Part shown: piece by piece, positions 1-14,520 of the stretch
Layout: the number at the start of each line of letters is the position of its first letter
Numbering within the stretch: position 1 is the first letter of the stretch
NCBI GenBank assembly: GCA_964016885.1
Contig: OZ024743.1
Span: 55,056,001 to 55,120,000, forward strand
From: Eledone cirrhosa
Taxonomy: Eukaryota
Direction: 5' to 3'
Length of the DNA: 64,000 nucleotides
The notes under the pieces: model-generated
Seen by the model: the letters and a program-made list of their open reading frames with translations, nothing else
Told to the model about the DNA's origin: nothing
The model's database searches: none
Made by a program: the position numbers and the translations under genes

Positions 1-327
1 AAAATATACTGAAGCGAAAACCAACCCAAAACAAACAGTGAGTGTTTTATGATATATTTCTGGCAATATTATAACAATATGACCCTCCCTCAAAATGTTA
101 TATATTTATATTAAATGTACGACATGCTACTGTATGCTTGTCACGGATTTATTACACTTCATTGTAATCATTAAGCAAATTGTGGTCCGACATGTATGTA
201 TGAATGTATGTGTTTGTGGTCCGACATGTATGTATGTATGTATGTATGTATGTATGTATGTATGTATGTATGTATGTATGTATGTATGCAGGTGCGCGCG
301 TGCATGTTTGTATGTTCTTCTGGTTTT

Positions 328-472
328 AGTAGCGGTAGAGCGTCAGATATGTTTCCCGGCATAGAGTTACGGCCCTTTACGTTCTGAGTTCAAATCACGT
401 CGAAGTCAGCTTTGACTGTCATCCTTATGGGGTCGATAAAATAAAGCAACAGTAATGCACAGGATCGATTTA
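328..472 (+). mobile_element. tRNA-derived SINE (family A)
   Basis: B-box-like gagttcaaatc followed by the conserved body ctttg..catcct..ggggtcgataaaataaag. Confidence 0.8.
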
Positions 473-1041
473 AATGTTCACCAATAGAGAGCCATTTTCT
501 GACAGAAACAAGATACTATTTAAAAATCAACTAAATAAATACGTCTGTATGTGTATGGATGTGTGTGTGTATGTCTTGATATATTGGCGTACCCGTGTTT
601 CCGTATCTATATATGTGTATATGCAGTTACTACATGCTGAATTTGTGTGTGCATGCGTGCGCGCGCGCGTGTGTGTGAGAGAGGGGGAGAGAGAGAGAGA
701 GGGGTACTATGATATTAACATCTGTATGTTACATTATCAGTGTACGATATATTTATACACTTGTTAAACTGACGATGCAACTCTAAGCTATCTATAAGAA
801 TTTATGTCTAGACATTAGCAGTAAGTATATTATTCATACCAATCGCATTATCAGATATCTCATCACATTAGCGAGTAATCTTTCCTTCTGTTACTATGGT
901 GTACTGAGATCCGTGATATCCCTTAACTGATATTTCTGATATCAATATGGCTAATCAGCCATTGGATAATCATGAGAGAGAAGGAATATCAAGCGATAAA
1001 GTTATCTTTATTATATTTACAACTGTTATTTCTGAAATTTA

Positions 1042-2050
1042 GGGCAGTGAATTGACTGAGTTACTAGAGAGTCAGACAAAATGATTTGTAGCATTTGTAC
1101 CAGTTTGTCACGTCCTGGATTCAAATCGCGTCGCGTTCAGCTTTGCTTTTCATACTTTCGGGATCGATAAAATGAAATACTAGTTAATTACTGTAGATCG
1201 ATTCAATCAATTTTACCCTCCTCATAGAATTGCTTGTTTTCGCCAAAATAAAAATTATCAACTTTTTTCAAATGTATTTTTTTTTATATATAACAAGGTT
1301 TTATTATTTGAAGGGGTTAAGGGCGGTGGATTGGCAGTATCGGTAGAAGGTCGGACGCCATACTTTGCAGCATAGAGTTACGCCACTTTACGGTCTGAGT
1401 TCAAATCCCGCCGAAGTTAACTTTGCCTGTCCTCCTTATGGAGTCGATAAAATAAAGTACCAGTAATACACTGGGTAATTGCTGGCCTTGTGCCAAAAGT
1501 AGAAACAATTATTTGAAGGGGTCGATATAATAAAGCACCAGTAATGCACTGAGGTCGATTTAATCGACTTTCCCCTCCACCAAAATTACTGGCCTTGTGC
1601 CTATATAAGAAACCATTATTTGAAAGAAGAAGGGTGGTGGATTGGCAGTATCGGTAGAGAGTCGGATACCATGCTTTACAGCATAGATTTCCAGTATCAT
1701 ACGGTCTGAGTTCAAATCCCACCGAGCTTAACTTTGCCTTTCATCCTTACGGAGTCGATAAAATAAAGTACCAGTAATACACTAATATAATTGCTGGCCT
1801 TGTACCAAAAGTAGAAACAATTATTTGAAAGAAGAAAAAAAACCAGAGAGATAGGTTGGCAGAGGCGTCAGAGCGTCGGACAAACGCGTAGCAGTATTTG
1901 TTCGGGATGTTTACGTTCAGAGGTCAAATTTGCTTGTCATCCTTTGATGTCGATAATATAAAGTACCAGTCAATTACTGATGTTGATAAAATCGACATTC
2001 CCCTTCTTCTACATTACTGCCCTTGTGCCTAAAATAGAAGCAATTATTTG
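1042..2050 (+). mobile_element. Tandem cluster of 4-5 family A SINE copies
   Basis: Repeated ggcggtggattggcag..gagttcaaatcccgccgaagttaactttgcc..gtcgataaaataaagtaccagt..tgctggccttgtgcc starting near 1042, 1321, 1632 and 1850. Confidence 0.85.
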
Positions 2051-2221
2051 AAATAAAAAAGTTAAACTGCTGAAACTGATAATTATTTAGATGGAACAGT
2101 GTATAAGAAAAAGTATCACAAACACCTGCAAAAGGATTCGTTATAGAGCACTGTTTATCTCGTGCTAGTATAGTTGGGGTGGACTTGGTCACACAACGTC
2201 GTAAGGCATTTTAGGAAAAGG

Positions 2222-2458
2222 ATTCTTCTTCTTCTTCTTCTTTTTTTTTCTTCTTTTTTTTTCGCCCACTTATTCCTGAGAGGGTCGTGGGGGCAGAGTC
2301 CCGAAACACTCTTTCTAGCGGGTTCTGTCAGAAGCAACCGTCTCCAACTGATCTGACTGGATCCCCAAGCCTGACCAGCCAAGCTCATGGATGTTATCCA
2401 ACCATCTTGGTCTGGGTCTACTGCCTGTTAGCTTCGCCGATAAAATCTGTCCAGCGGG
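2222..2458 (-). mobile_element. RTE-like LINE 3' end with (GAA)n tail
   Basis: Homologous to 21373-21640 and 18460-18680. Confidence 0.7.
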
Positions 2459-2976
2459 AAAAGACTATATATATATGTATGTATATTTTATTTTCCCCCT
2501 CTCTTCGGAACTTGGAGGCGATGAGCGATTATGAGGTTCATAGAAAATGATGTGAGAAACTATAAGACGCAGGAGAAAATAAGTGACAAGAAAGCGGATT
2601 GCTATAAACAGCTTAGAAATTTGGGTAAATGTGACAAGTGGCTTCCTTGTTCAATCATCTTACCAGAAGCCTAACATTTTTTATCAGTACTTGATTTAGG
2701 AGTCGCAGAAACCCAAATGCTGGATTTTACCAACCATCCAGGTAAATTTTCAATCACATATATTTTTATTTGTTTGACCCGAATTACTTGGTCGTTTCTT
2801 TGGCTGTGCGGATGTTTGTTTAACCATCGTCTCAGTGTGTTTGGCCTTTAACGTATGTTGTAACTCTGGTTCATTTGAATCATCGAGCGCTTGCCACACA
2901 TCTCGGAAGTTGTTTTTCGTTAATTCCTAAGCCGAAATACGATTCTCGCTAATTTATATTTGTATATAAATATATA

Positions 2977-3043
<67 letters not shown>

Positions 3044-3049
<6 letters not shown>

Positions 3050-3372
3050 CGTTTCTGAATTTGTTTAGCAAGATTCTTTATCTGAAAACGTGTGTTGAAA
3101 CCGATATTGTTATACTTTGGGAGGGTCATGTTGCCAATAAGAAACACACGCACCAGATGCTTTCACTTCAATTTATTATAATAAATTTATAAATTTAGGA
3201 ATTTATAAATTTCCGGTTGGTTAGTTGGTTCCACAACCGGATGGTTGTTTATATATTGTCAAAGTTCTTTCGTCACACATTCTGTGACCTCTTCAGTGAC
3301 TAGGGATTCTTTTCTTTGTTTTTGTGCCTCTCCTTTGTTCTGTCCTACGCCATTTTGTTTCTGTGTGTGTCA
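3044..3372 (-). mobile_element. Solo PLE pLTR plus ORF-start fragment between microsatellites
   Basis: Highly similar to 61957-62300 and encodes [29 protein letters not shown]. Confidence 0.9.
3258..3300 (-). ncRNA. Hammerhead ribozyme in a solo PLE pLTR copy
   Basis: GUCA-CUGAAGA-G-GUCACA gaaug UGUGAC-GAAA-GAAC-UU-UGAC. Confidence 0.8.
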
Positions 3373-3413
3373 CATATATATATATGTATATAAATATATA
3401 TATGTGTGTGTGC

Positions 3414-3448
<35 letters not shown>

Positions 3449-3646
3449 AACGATCGACTTTCGTCAAATCGGACCGAGGAAACAATGTTTCCGTTGGTCT
3501 TTTCAATTGCTAAGTAGAAGGAGCAACGTGAAATAAAGTGCCTCGCTCAAGGACATAACGCAACGCCCGGTCCAGGAATCGAACTCACAACCACACACAC
3601 ACGCACACACACACACACACGCACACACACACACACACACACACAT

Positions 3647-3687
<41 letters not shown>

Positions 3688-6211
3688 AACAGCAAATATA
3701 AATATAGAGGTGTATATTTGTGTGTCGTTAACATATGAATAAAACAATAGAATTGCGTAATGCTAAATCCGTTGACCTTCAGTCTCGTGTTGCATTACAC
3801 TTATTGTTCTGTATGGTGTTACAAAGCTATGACAATGCTCTGACAATCATAGTACACTGCTGTGACACGTTATCAATAACAATACTATCATATTTATTGA
3901 CCTGGCTCTATTTAGCCGTCAGATTCTTCAGCATAGGGAAACAGCGAAACGGCAATTCTATTAATATTGATGACACAGCCAATTTGCGGTCTCAAATGTG
4001 CTTCTTAATAACACGAGTCTGTGTTTATTGATAGGTAAAGCGGGTTTTCGCTGTGAACGGGTCATTTGAGGTTGATCTCAACGCCATTTTCCCTGTAATC
4101 TATTTCGTTGAGACAAACTTCCTTTCACCCTTTTGTTGCCATATCTCTAATGAAATATACTGTATTTGAATAATTTGAATTAATGAAGACTTTGTGGGGA
4201 TTTACTAAAATTATTTCATTAATCAAATAGTACATGTAACATACGTTTACTGCACTTGTAATAAGATACATTTTATTTCAATTAACTAACGGAGATTTTG
4301 GAGGGATTTACTAAGATTAATATTTTTATCATATTTCTAATGAGGATTTATTAAAAGTATTTCATTAGCAAGTATTTGTAACGTAATTTAACATGGTTCT
4401 TATATGAAATTATATTGGGAAGTTATAATTTAGGATCGCTTTAAAATGGGTGGCTTTGTAACGTAGAAACAAACAGGAGTGGTTTGGGGCGAGGTGGTAT
4501 TAAAAAGGTTAAGTGATATTGTCAATGTTTGGTGTTTGAATAAGATACCGTGCAGGATAGCTGACAATTCTGACATTTTGGTAATGAGAGAACGGAAGAG
4601 AAAGATCTACTAATTTTTCCGAATTTCACAGATATTTTCTACGAATACATAGCGTAGAGGTAACGCAGCGAAGGCGGAAGTGTAAGAAAGGTCAAGGAGG
4701 ATGATAGCAATAGAAATAAGAGGAGCAGTAGTGACAGATAAGGAGACTAAAAGAGTAAGAGAAGGATGTCAATATTTCAATTACTGTCAACATCATCAAT
4801 GACAGAAGCGATGGAGCCTGCAGAGAATACAATGACAATGATTATGTCAAAGATGGTTAAGTTTCAAACCTTGCAAGAAAGGCGAAAAAGAGAATAGTAA
4901 GAGACAGGCTATGTACATAGATTACCGAATATTCTACACACTATTTACTGCCTGTAAACACACATACACACTCACACTAAAACTTATGTTTACATACAAT
5001 GCACTTCGTCTATTTATTCACAATAGATGCCCTGTGCGCGTGTGTGTGTGCGTGCGCGAGTGTGTGCGTGTCTGTGTATCCTGGTGGGGGGGGGGGGTAC
5101 AAATACTAATAATATCGTCTGTATATACAAAGTAGCCGACGGAGAGAAATCAATGTTTAAACGAGGTTTTTACAATAAGAATATATATATATATAATGAG
5201 ATAGAGAGAGTATTTTTGTTATTTTAAAAGAAACATTTTCTCCCCCGTCCCCTCCCCATCATTCCACATCACTACCAGAAAATCGTATTTGCTGAAGACG
5301 AGTCGAAACTAATTGCAAAAAACAGATGAATGCTATTTCGTGTTGAACGTTGTGAAGGTCTCCTTCGGCAGCACTTACATTTGAAGAGTGTAAGTCGATA
5401 CGATATAGAAAATAACTGAACGAACAAAAAACAAAACACAACAGTAAAATAAATATAAAATATAAAAGATGGAAGAAATATGGCTGCCTGATTACGAATG
5501 GTTGTTGGCGCGCTAATTCAATTTGTAGTCAGTTATCTTCAATAAACATACACTGGGGGATCATGGCAAGACTGCAATATGCTAATGAAGCTGGACATTC
5601 TGATTAGCACATAAAACGGAAGCAACAAGAAAAACAAGATGGCGACTCGGATGCATTTCCTGCTGCGCCAATCGTTTTTTTTTTTTATTTTCATGTACCC
5701 AGCTATTCTGAGAAGTACTTGATGGATTGGCGCTATGGGTAAAGATGACATGACAGAAAATAGGATTGTGATGTTATATGACAAAAGAATGCAGATTAGC
5801 TGAGGTAATATATCTTGGCAGGCAATAACGTATTTTCTCCTGAGATTAGTTACAGAATCGTCTGAAAAACGAAAAATGTAAGAAAATTAATGCAGGGCCA
5901 AGTTGAAATGGACAGGAAAATGTTGATTTTTGAACGAGGTTGAGGGAGGGTCAGAAGAAATGAAGAAATGTGGTGTTTACTTCTACATTTGTTATATTAT
6001 AAGTGCTTTTTTTGCTTCCAACTTCCATTAAATCTCTTGATAGCTATCAGTAGCCGTGGCCTATGCACGGGAATTCTGTTGGGGTCGATTAAGCGACATG
6101 ACTGTACACACACGCGCATACACACATACATATATATATATAAATTAAATAGCATGTAGAGATGATTATCAATGGGTATTGAATTAAACTTAAAATATTT
6201 TCGAACACGTA

Positions 6212-6259
<48 letters not shown>

Positions 6260-6407
6260 TAAACAAATAATGAACAAACAATTCCTTATATTAAACAAAA
6301 AAAGTTCACTATTTAACGATCGTTTCTAGGGCATATATGTGTTATAATTGCATTGAGTTCTTCATACGGATTGGACACTACCGTAAACTCTTGGTAGATT
6401 TATCTAC

Positions 6408-6440
<33 letters not shown>

Positions 6441-6728
6441 GGGATATCTCAACAAATATAAATGTTTATAACTGATTCAGAGCACTCAACAAGTTTTCTG
6501 GAGTATAATATACAATGATATTAAATAAATGGAAACTATATTTATAAAACCATATTTATTCTATTATATATATTTCAAGGGTACGCTAGCATCAGATAAA
6601 ATACGAAGTGTGTTTTATAAATTTTGACATAACCAAGGATAATATACCTTAAGGGTAATCCAGGAATAACTTGAACCGTTAAGGTATATTATCCTTGGTT
6701 ATGTCAACATTTATAAAACACACTTCGT

Positions 6729-6788
6729 ATTTTATCTGATGATAGCGTACCAAAATTGTTGGTACCCTTGAAATATATATAATAGAAT
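6729..6788 (+). ncRNA. Hammerhead ribozyme (family 2)
   Basis: attttat CTGATGA ..gtaccaa/ttggtac.. GAAA TATATA TA atagaat. Stem III is palindromic and stem I is 7 bp. Confidence 0.7.
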
Positions 6789-6839
6789 AAATATGGTTTT
6801 ATAAATATAGTTTCCATTTATTTAATATCATTGTACATT

Positions 6840-6886
<47 letters not shown>

Positions 6887-8114
6887 TTAAGAACAGATAT
6901 TATTTTTCACTGTCATGGTCATGCGTGGATTAACATCGACATATTTAAAAGTCGAGCATTTCACTTTAAAAAAATATATTTACATATGAACAGTCTATAA
7001 TAAGCAATAATTTTGAAATATATATATAAAAGTTCCAATTCCGATGAATTTCAGTAGCATTCCATTACAGAGAACGGGGAGATTCCTCCTCCGTCACTGG
7101 AAAAGATTGCTCGTGGGTGGAGATGATTTTCTTTGTCCGGTTCAAGTGTCCCAGACACATGTTGGGACCTGCTCACGCACACGCACACACGCACACACAT
7201 ATATATAATTGTTCACGTTCCTCTTATATATTTTTTTTAACGTTCCTGAACACACACCTGTTTTACAGGCAATTCCTAAACTACCATCACCCTATCATTA
7301 ACGACACAAGTACAGTGACAGTGAAATTGGTGAAAGCTTGGAAGCTACACTGGAACTCCAAGACTACGTTGGTGCTATGATAGAGTGCACCCAGTACACT
7401 CTTTAATATGGTTGGTGATTAAACGGAGACAATATAGGGTTGAGAGGACTTTTCAGTCTCGATGCGCGTATGAAAATTTCAGTAGTGTTGCTGTCACGAT
7501 GAAATGCACCCAGAACAGCCTTTAAGGTGATTGGGGATAGGAAGGGCATCCTGCCGTAGAAACCTTAGCAAATATGGAACATATATTAAAGATGTGCTTC
7601 CCCTGAACTCGCTGTGCTTGGATCATAAACACCCGCCCATCCCATGCCAATATGAAAGACAGGCGTAAAACAATTGTGATGGTGATTATGATTAAATGAA
7701 TCAAAATTTATCTTAGAGACGGTATTTATACAAAAAATAAATTATTAATTTTCTAAAAATACATTTGTAGAATCCCAGAATTTTGTCGCGTATCATACGG
7801 AACAGATTGCCTTGCACAATTCATTTCGCTAGGAACTGAATCTCTTTGGAACACACACCATGCCAAATTTCCACTGCAGAGGTTGGGAGGGACTATAAAG
7901 ATTATAGGGGAAACATTACTATGTTCGACTTAATGACGGGGTAATAAATTTAATTATCAAATTTTATGGCGGTTCTCAGCCACGTACACGTTTACTTCAG
8001 GAGCAGGCAGCTGCGTTCGAAAAACTTGAATACTTGTCCTTGGAACCGATGGGGGTCCTACAGCCGCAGGCACGTACTGGTACGCAAACACCCACAAATA
8101 TAAATATACGTATC

Positions 8115-8211
<97 letters not shown>

Positions 8212-8561
8212 ATAATATATATATATATATATTATACAAACTGTTTACATTATTTTTCTCTCTCTCCCCGCTTTTTTTATCCCAATAACTTATTTTAGTT
8301 ATTGTTCGCCCTAGGCTCAGGTATCTTGTCTCTAATGCGAAGAAATACCTATGATTCGTAGCAGACAACTGACGATGGACGACTGGGATGGAGTACATGC
8401 AGTTTTTGGTCATTTTCTCTTCTATTGGTAGTTCTACTCGAAGGAGATATTTGCGAAGTGTTGTAATACTCTTGAAGACAGTCCTGATTACAGTTTAAAA
8501 GCGGGCTACTAACCTCAAGATTCAGAGTGACCTGAACAAACGTTAATAATAATATCACTGG

Positions 8562-8607
8562 GACATCTGATGAAGGCTGGAGAGTACATCAGCCGAAACG
8601 TTGTGTT
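8562..8607 (+). ncRNA. Hammerhead ribozyme (family 3)
   Basis: gacat CTGATGA a ggctg...cagcc GAAA CG TT gtgtt. Confidence 0.75.
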
Positions 8608-8689
8608 ATCAACAAAACAAGATGAGGACACCTATCTGTCCAATGTATATAATTGAAATAATTGCTCGTTTCAAAAATATAGAACAGTA

Positions 8690-8819
<130 letters not shown>

Positions 8820-10612
8820 GTGTGTATGTGTGATTTAATCTATCTGTTTTTTTCTAACCCCTCATAATTATTACCTAATATAGAGTTTGCTCGCATCTTT
8901 TCAGTCGAATTGAGTTCCCTAAACCCTCCAGATTATCTGTCTTTGATTTGTTCTGTATATTTCTTTTTGAGTAAACATTTTCATCGGCACAGGTTGAACA
9001 AGTTGATCCTCACGGTTAACGAAACGTACGTACCTTGTATGATGCCGTTTTTCTAACTGGCCTTAATAATTACGTGTACACACACACACACACTATATAT
9101 ATATTGGTTATAGTTCCAACAGAGACGACTTCACGTCAAGACTACACCATTTAACTATACCTACTTGCCAACTCAATATTCATCGAGAACTACCTTGATT
9201 TGTGGTTTTCTCGATCTTCGAATCGTAAACATTTCGTGTGTGTTTGTATATGTGTGTATGTGTGTGTGTTAATGTGTATGCGTATTTGAAAGGGCGATAT
9301 GTGTGGGTGAGAGGGACGAGGAAGAAAAAGGGGTGAATATAAATTAATTCTTTTTATAGCAGAATTGGATGCCGTCGGCAAGGTTTAAGTGTTATTGATT
9401 TCGTTTCAGATTTTATATAATGTTTCTAACCATTAATTTTCCTAATATTATGACAGGCTCTGATTGAATATTCATGACCAGAGAAGCCATAAAACATGGT
9501 GCTGATATATTTTGAAACATACATATCCATGTTCACTTCTGGCAGCCAACTGGCCTTAACATTAGTCGAAATACGTATAGTCGATGATATGTTGTAATGT
9601 TGTTTAAGCTCTGTCAGTAATATCTACAATAACAATAACAACAACTCCGAAAACAAGAACAACGACTATAAAACAGTTTAACAATATTAGTAATGGCGAC
9701 AACACCAAGAACCACCAACAACAAAGCAGTTACAGCAAACGTAGAAATAGCAAGAACTTTGCCAATAATAACAAATCAGTCACGTCAACAATAGTTATAA
9801 CAACAACGGTGACGCGTGTTCAAGTTGTTCGATCAACGAAACAAAAAATAAAATGTCTAAGTTCTGTCGTGAACACGAAGACATATCAGGCCGGTGCTAA
9901 TCCCAGTTTCCGAGGCGTGAAGCGACTGAGAGAAAAACACTCCCTCCAGGATAAGACGCCTGTTCGTCACAGGGTTAAATCCCCACATATTGCTTGTACT
10001 CATTTTCAGCTGAGTACACAGGACCGACGTGAAATGAAATGTTTTTCTGAAGGACACAACACACAACCCAATCTAGGAATAGAACCCACAAAATTGTGAT
10101 AGGATCTCAAGCACCCTTACCACTTGGTCACGCCTCTGTATTTATATAATTTCCTCCCGGATTATATCGATAATATATAAATGGCAGAAGGGTAAGAATA
10201 AAACTCAACATTCTAACCAACTATTTTGGTTAATTTATCTGTTTCAATTACCTGTTATTATTTTTAAATTTGCTTCAATTCCTTATTCTGCATAAAGCCA
10301 AATAGAACAGAGACCATTGATTAAGTGGCATTATATTTGACATAGTAGACTTCTGATTGTAATGTAAAAAAAAAAAAACTTAGTTTAGTATTAACCTTGT
10401 CCAATCTTAGCATTAAAATGGGAAGTTAATTGTTGGGATTTGAATCGCTCTCTATAATCAAAACTTGAAAGTTGATCAACAAAACAGCCTGTTCGTGAAA
10501 TTAACGTGTTAATGGCTCATAATTCAACAGACACATGTATTCTTAATGTAATTCTTAGGAAGGTTCAGCGTGATATTATGTGTGACAAGGGTGACCCCGG
10601 GAACTAAAGGGA

Positions 10613-10952
10613 TTCTCGGTTCCCAAATGATAAGGAGGGTTCGAATAAGCGGGTTGGAAAATCGGTAATTTTTCTAGGTTGTCTCTGTTGATTTTTAAAA
10701 ACCAGTATTACTTATTCAGTTTACATATTGAGATCTCAACCCATCCTATTTATAACCCGCCCTATGTATAATTTTTAATGTCCAAAGAAAGTTAATTTTC
10801 GCAGGATGGCTACCACTTAAAATATTATTTCCCGGGAAATAGATTATCAAAAATTAATAAGCGGGGGATGGGGGTGGAATAAGAACGGGTGAGTTGAAAA
10901 AATCTGAAAAATTAAGCGGGGGATGGGTATGATTATTCGAGACCCAAGAGTA
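10613..10952 (+). mobile_element. MITE (Tc1/mariner-like, TA end)
   Basis: Imperfect TIRs ctcggttcccaaatga / ttattcgagacccaagagta. A second copy lies in reverse at 30905-31236. Confidence 0.65.
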
Positions 10953-12359
10953 ATGTCCATCTGATGGACTTCCAAACAGTTTCCGCCTATCCAATTTCGC
11001 TCAAAAGGTCGACTCAAGGCTATGATAGAAAACGCTCGTTCAAGTTGACACATAATGAGATCGAATACGAGACTTGATGATTGTGAAGAGAACTTCTTAA
11101 CCATTCAATTATGTTGCATCAGTACAGCAGTAGTTTCTTAGACTTCAATCGATTCCAACTACGAACCTTCCAGCTGTTTGATCAACTGAAACCTCACGGA
11201 ATTAACAGGCTGGTGCATTCCTCAGACATGTGTTCATATAAAGTAATTTTTAGGGAGATTCAGCTTGACACATTGCGACAAGGCTGGCTTTATATTTTTA
11301 GTAGGGTGAGGGGACAAGAGCAACATGAAATAAAGTGTCTTGCTTAACGTCGCAATGTACCATGGAGAATTCATTACGAGATGAACAACCTGACCACTAA
11401 GTCACGTGCCTTCAAAGTTGAAGATATATTTGCATATATATATACCTCACGTTCATTCCAAAATAATAGCTGGCATTTTCATCAGTACTTGATCAACTTC
11501 AGCTATGATACTTAACTAACTCATACACCCAAACACTCCCCTATAAGAGTGTGTAAATATGTATGTATACACACACATAACGTAACACGCAGATACATAT
11601 CCCAAAACATATATATACGTTCATAAAAATACACATATACATACAAATACATAAACATACATATACATAAATGCATATACGCAGTTATAGATACACACAC
11701 ATACATACAAATACACACAAAAATACACATGCCGATACATATACATGCGTACAAATATTGTTATACATACTCGTACAAATATATTTATACTTGCATGTAC
11801 GTGCACATATACGCACAAATATGTATACACATATACGCACCTATGCAGTTATATTATACACGTGCATACACACATATATATACGACATACAATAGCATGA
11901 GACATCGTCATTAAGGAGACTAAATATAATACTTACTAATAAATGTGTATATGGACATTGAGAAACGGACATACATACAACAGAATTACATGCACATACG
12001 CTCTATCTCTCACTCACACATACATACGCCCTTACGAACATAGTCATGCACAAACACACTCTTTCACACACACCCTCTTTTACACTTACACTCATGCACT
12101 CACACGCTTGCTCTCTTTCTCTTCCCCCCTCTCTCTCTATTACACATACACATCATTTCTTATATACATACACCTAAGAAAGTATGTGTGTGAGTGTTGT
12201 GTTTTGCAGTTGCTCTTTGCTGTAAATGCATGGTGAACCTTCGAGAACGTGTTGTATTTGTATTACCAATATCACAGTCGGAGTCAGGTTTGCAATTGAA
12301 TCTATAAATTTTGCTAGCCATTTATAAATTGTGTTCACGTTTACATGCTTACAGTATGG

Positions 12360-12960
12360 AGAAAGCATAGCTGAACGGTTAAGAAGTCCGCTTCCCAATC
12401 GTCAGAATCCGTGTTCGGTCCCACAGTATAGCAGCGTGGGCCAAGTGCCATGTGCCATAGAATCGGGTCATCCCATGCATTGTGCGAGAAATTGGGAGTT
12501 TCAAACTGATTGGAAGACCATCGGACGGATACTATCTACAGTTCAAATAGCTAGCCTTGTTACACCACTATCACGTTGTATCTCCCTGAGAAATACATTT
12601 ATACTACACGTGTCTGTGGGGAGACCTAAACTGATTGGAGGCCCGTCGGGTGGACACTACAATTCAAGTAGCCAGCCTTGTTACACATACCACTATAACG
12701 CTGAATCTCCCCGAGAATAATGTGTATACTACACGTGTTTGTGGGGAGGCCTAAACTGATTGGAAGCCCGTCGTACGGACATTATTTACAATTCAAATAG
12801 CCAACCTTGTTATACATACCACTATCATGCTAAATCTTCCTGAGAATTACTTTTATACTACACGTATCTGTGAAATGTTCAGACACTTTGGCCTTAATTT
12901 CATATGCAGCCTGTTCTGTTGATAGAACAAATAGGATATTTATCATTGAAGCCAACGGAG
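12360..12960 (+). mobile_element. SINE with an internal triple tandem duplication (~124 bp unit)
   Basis: aactgattggaRg..caaatagc..ccttgttac..gagaa..atactacacgt repeats at about 12505, 12629 and 12753. Confidence 0.7.
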
Positions 12961-12989
12961 GTCTATTCCATATGCTTGTGGTTTGTTAT

Positions 12990-13490
12990 TGGTAGATATC
13001 ATTATAGATATCATTATATTATTAGTGCTAATTTATAGTTTGATATGATGCATTTTGTGTTAGATTTTATGAGACTTTTTATTATCTTCTTCTCTTCTAT
13101 AGTTTGTATGTGTTTTCTTCACATAGTTTATACTCTGTGTAGTTTATGAGGCATTTGTTGCGTTGTATTCATGCCTATACACATATAGGGCCTGACCTAC
13201 TAGTCTGTTCGGATATCTATTGTTAATTAATGTTTGTTTTATCCAGGGTTTCATTTGTGGAATAGAATCTGTCAGGAATTTTATCACTGACATTTTGTAG
13301 CTGTGTGGCCATTCGCTGTCGTCTCCATATATATATACTATCATTTGCATTTTTTTTTTGTTTTTTTTGTGGTTATTTTTTATATGTACACTGACATAAA
13401 TTGTTTTTCATTTCAACTATGATGTTTATATCTACAAATGGGGTTGTATTTGTCCTATTCTGAATGTTAAATGTTAATACAGAGTTGTTT
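12990..13490 (-). pseudogene. Decayed PLE RT C-terminal fragment (different family)
   Basis: The translation IKQTLINNRYPNRLV resembles the PLE 'L..NGYP' thumb motif. Confidence 0.35.
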
Positions 13491-14064
13491 TCTACGTCTT
13501 CTTTTCTAATTATGGAGGAGGCACTCTCATCACAATACAAATAATAAGATAACTATACAAACCACAATAAAATGGTAACCACACATTCGGTATACATCCA
13601 TCCACCAGAAATACGTGACTGACGACGGAAAGTAAATTCATAGTGCAGAGAGCCAGAACAAATAACTCCAAAGCATCTACGTCTGAAGTCTATCTTGAGC
13701 CCTCAGGCTTCTCACGCCGGTGATTATCCCGTTTTCCGTGGCGTGAAGCAACTGAGAGTACAAGAGCCTCCACCCCCACCCGTGCACAGAATACCAGTCA
13801 ATCGCAGGGTTAAAACCTCAACTCATGGCTGGTACTCATTTCCAACAGAATATACTGGATAAACGTAAAATGAACTGTTTTGCTCAAGAACACAACATAC
13901 AACCTAGTCCAAGAATCGAACCTACGTCATTATGATCTTAAGTTCAACCCACTTATTACTAGGCCAGGTGCCTCCAAAATAATCAGGTCCGACAATTCCG
14001 ACCATCCATGATTCCTGACGGGGTACTGGTTGATACAGCAGCACCTAGAATTATTCAATAAATA

Positions 14065-14520
14065 TTGTTTAGAATTTAGGCTCAAGACCTGCAATTTTGG
14101 AAGTGGGAAATATTAATTATTTCGACAATTGATTTATGTTGAATTTTATGGATCCCGAAAAAAATGAAAGGCAATGTCGATCAAGGCGGGATTTTGAACT
14201 CAGAGCCGGAAAAAGGACAGAGCGATTTATTCCGAAGTTCTAACGATTCTCCAAATTCGACATTGAATAGTTCTTTGATGAAACTCTCTTTGCTGTGAGC
14301 GGCATCTATGGGCGATAATGGTTTCTAATTTAAGCACATGACTAGTGATTTGTTGGGAGGGGAAAATTAACAATAGTAATTTGACTATTACATTATTTTG
14401 TCGTACCAGAAATGATGAAAGGCAAAGTTGACCTCAGTGAGATTTGAACTCAGAACGCAGAGAACTGGAACAAATAACAAGCTATTTATTCCGACACCAC
14501 AATGACTCTGCCAATTCGCC
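14065..14520 (-). mobile_element. Two family A SINE copies
   Basis: tgaaaggcaaagttgacctc..gatttgaactcaga occurs twice. Confidence 0.75.

Noticed and set aside
1321-1420. tRNA gene
   Set aside because: The A/B-box-like head continues into a SINE body and no cloverleaf is evident.
5288-5320. CTGAAGA..GAAA near-hammerheads here and at 35663-35705, 54767-54802 and 26700-26745
   Set aside because: Stem II, the core or the cleavage triplet is missing or mis-spaced, so they cannot be told apart from chance or very old remnants.
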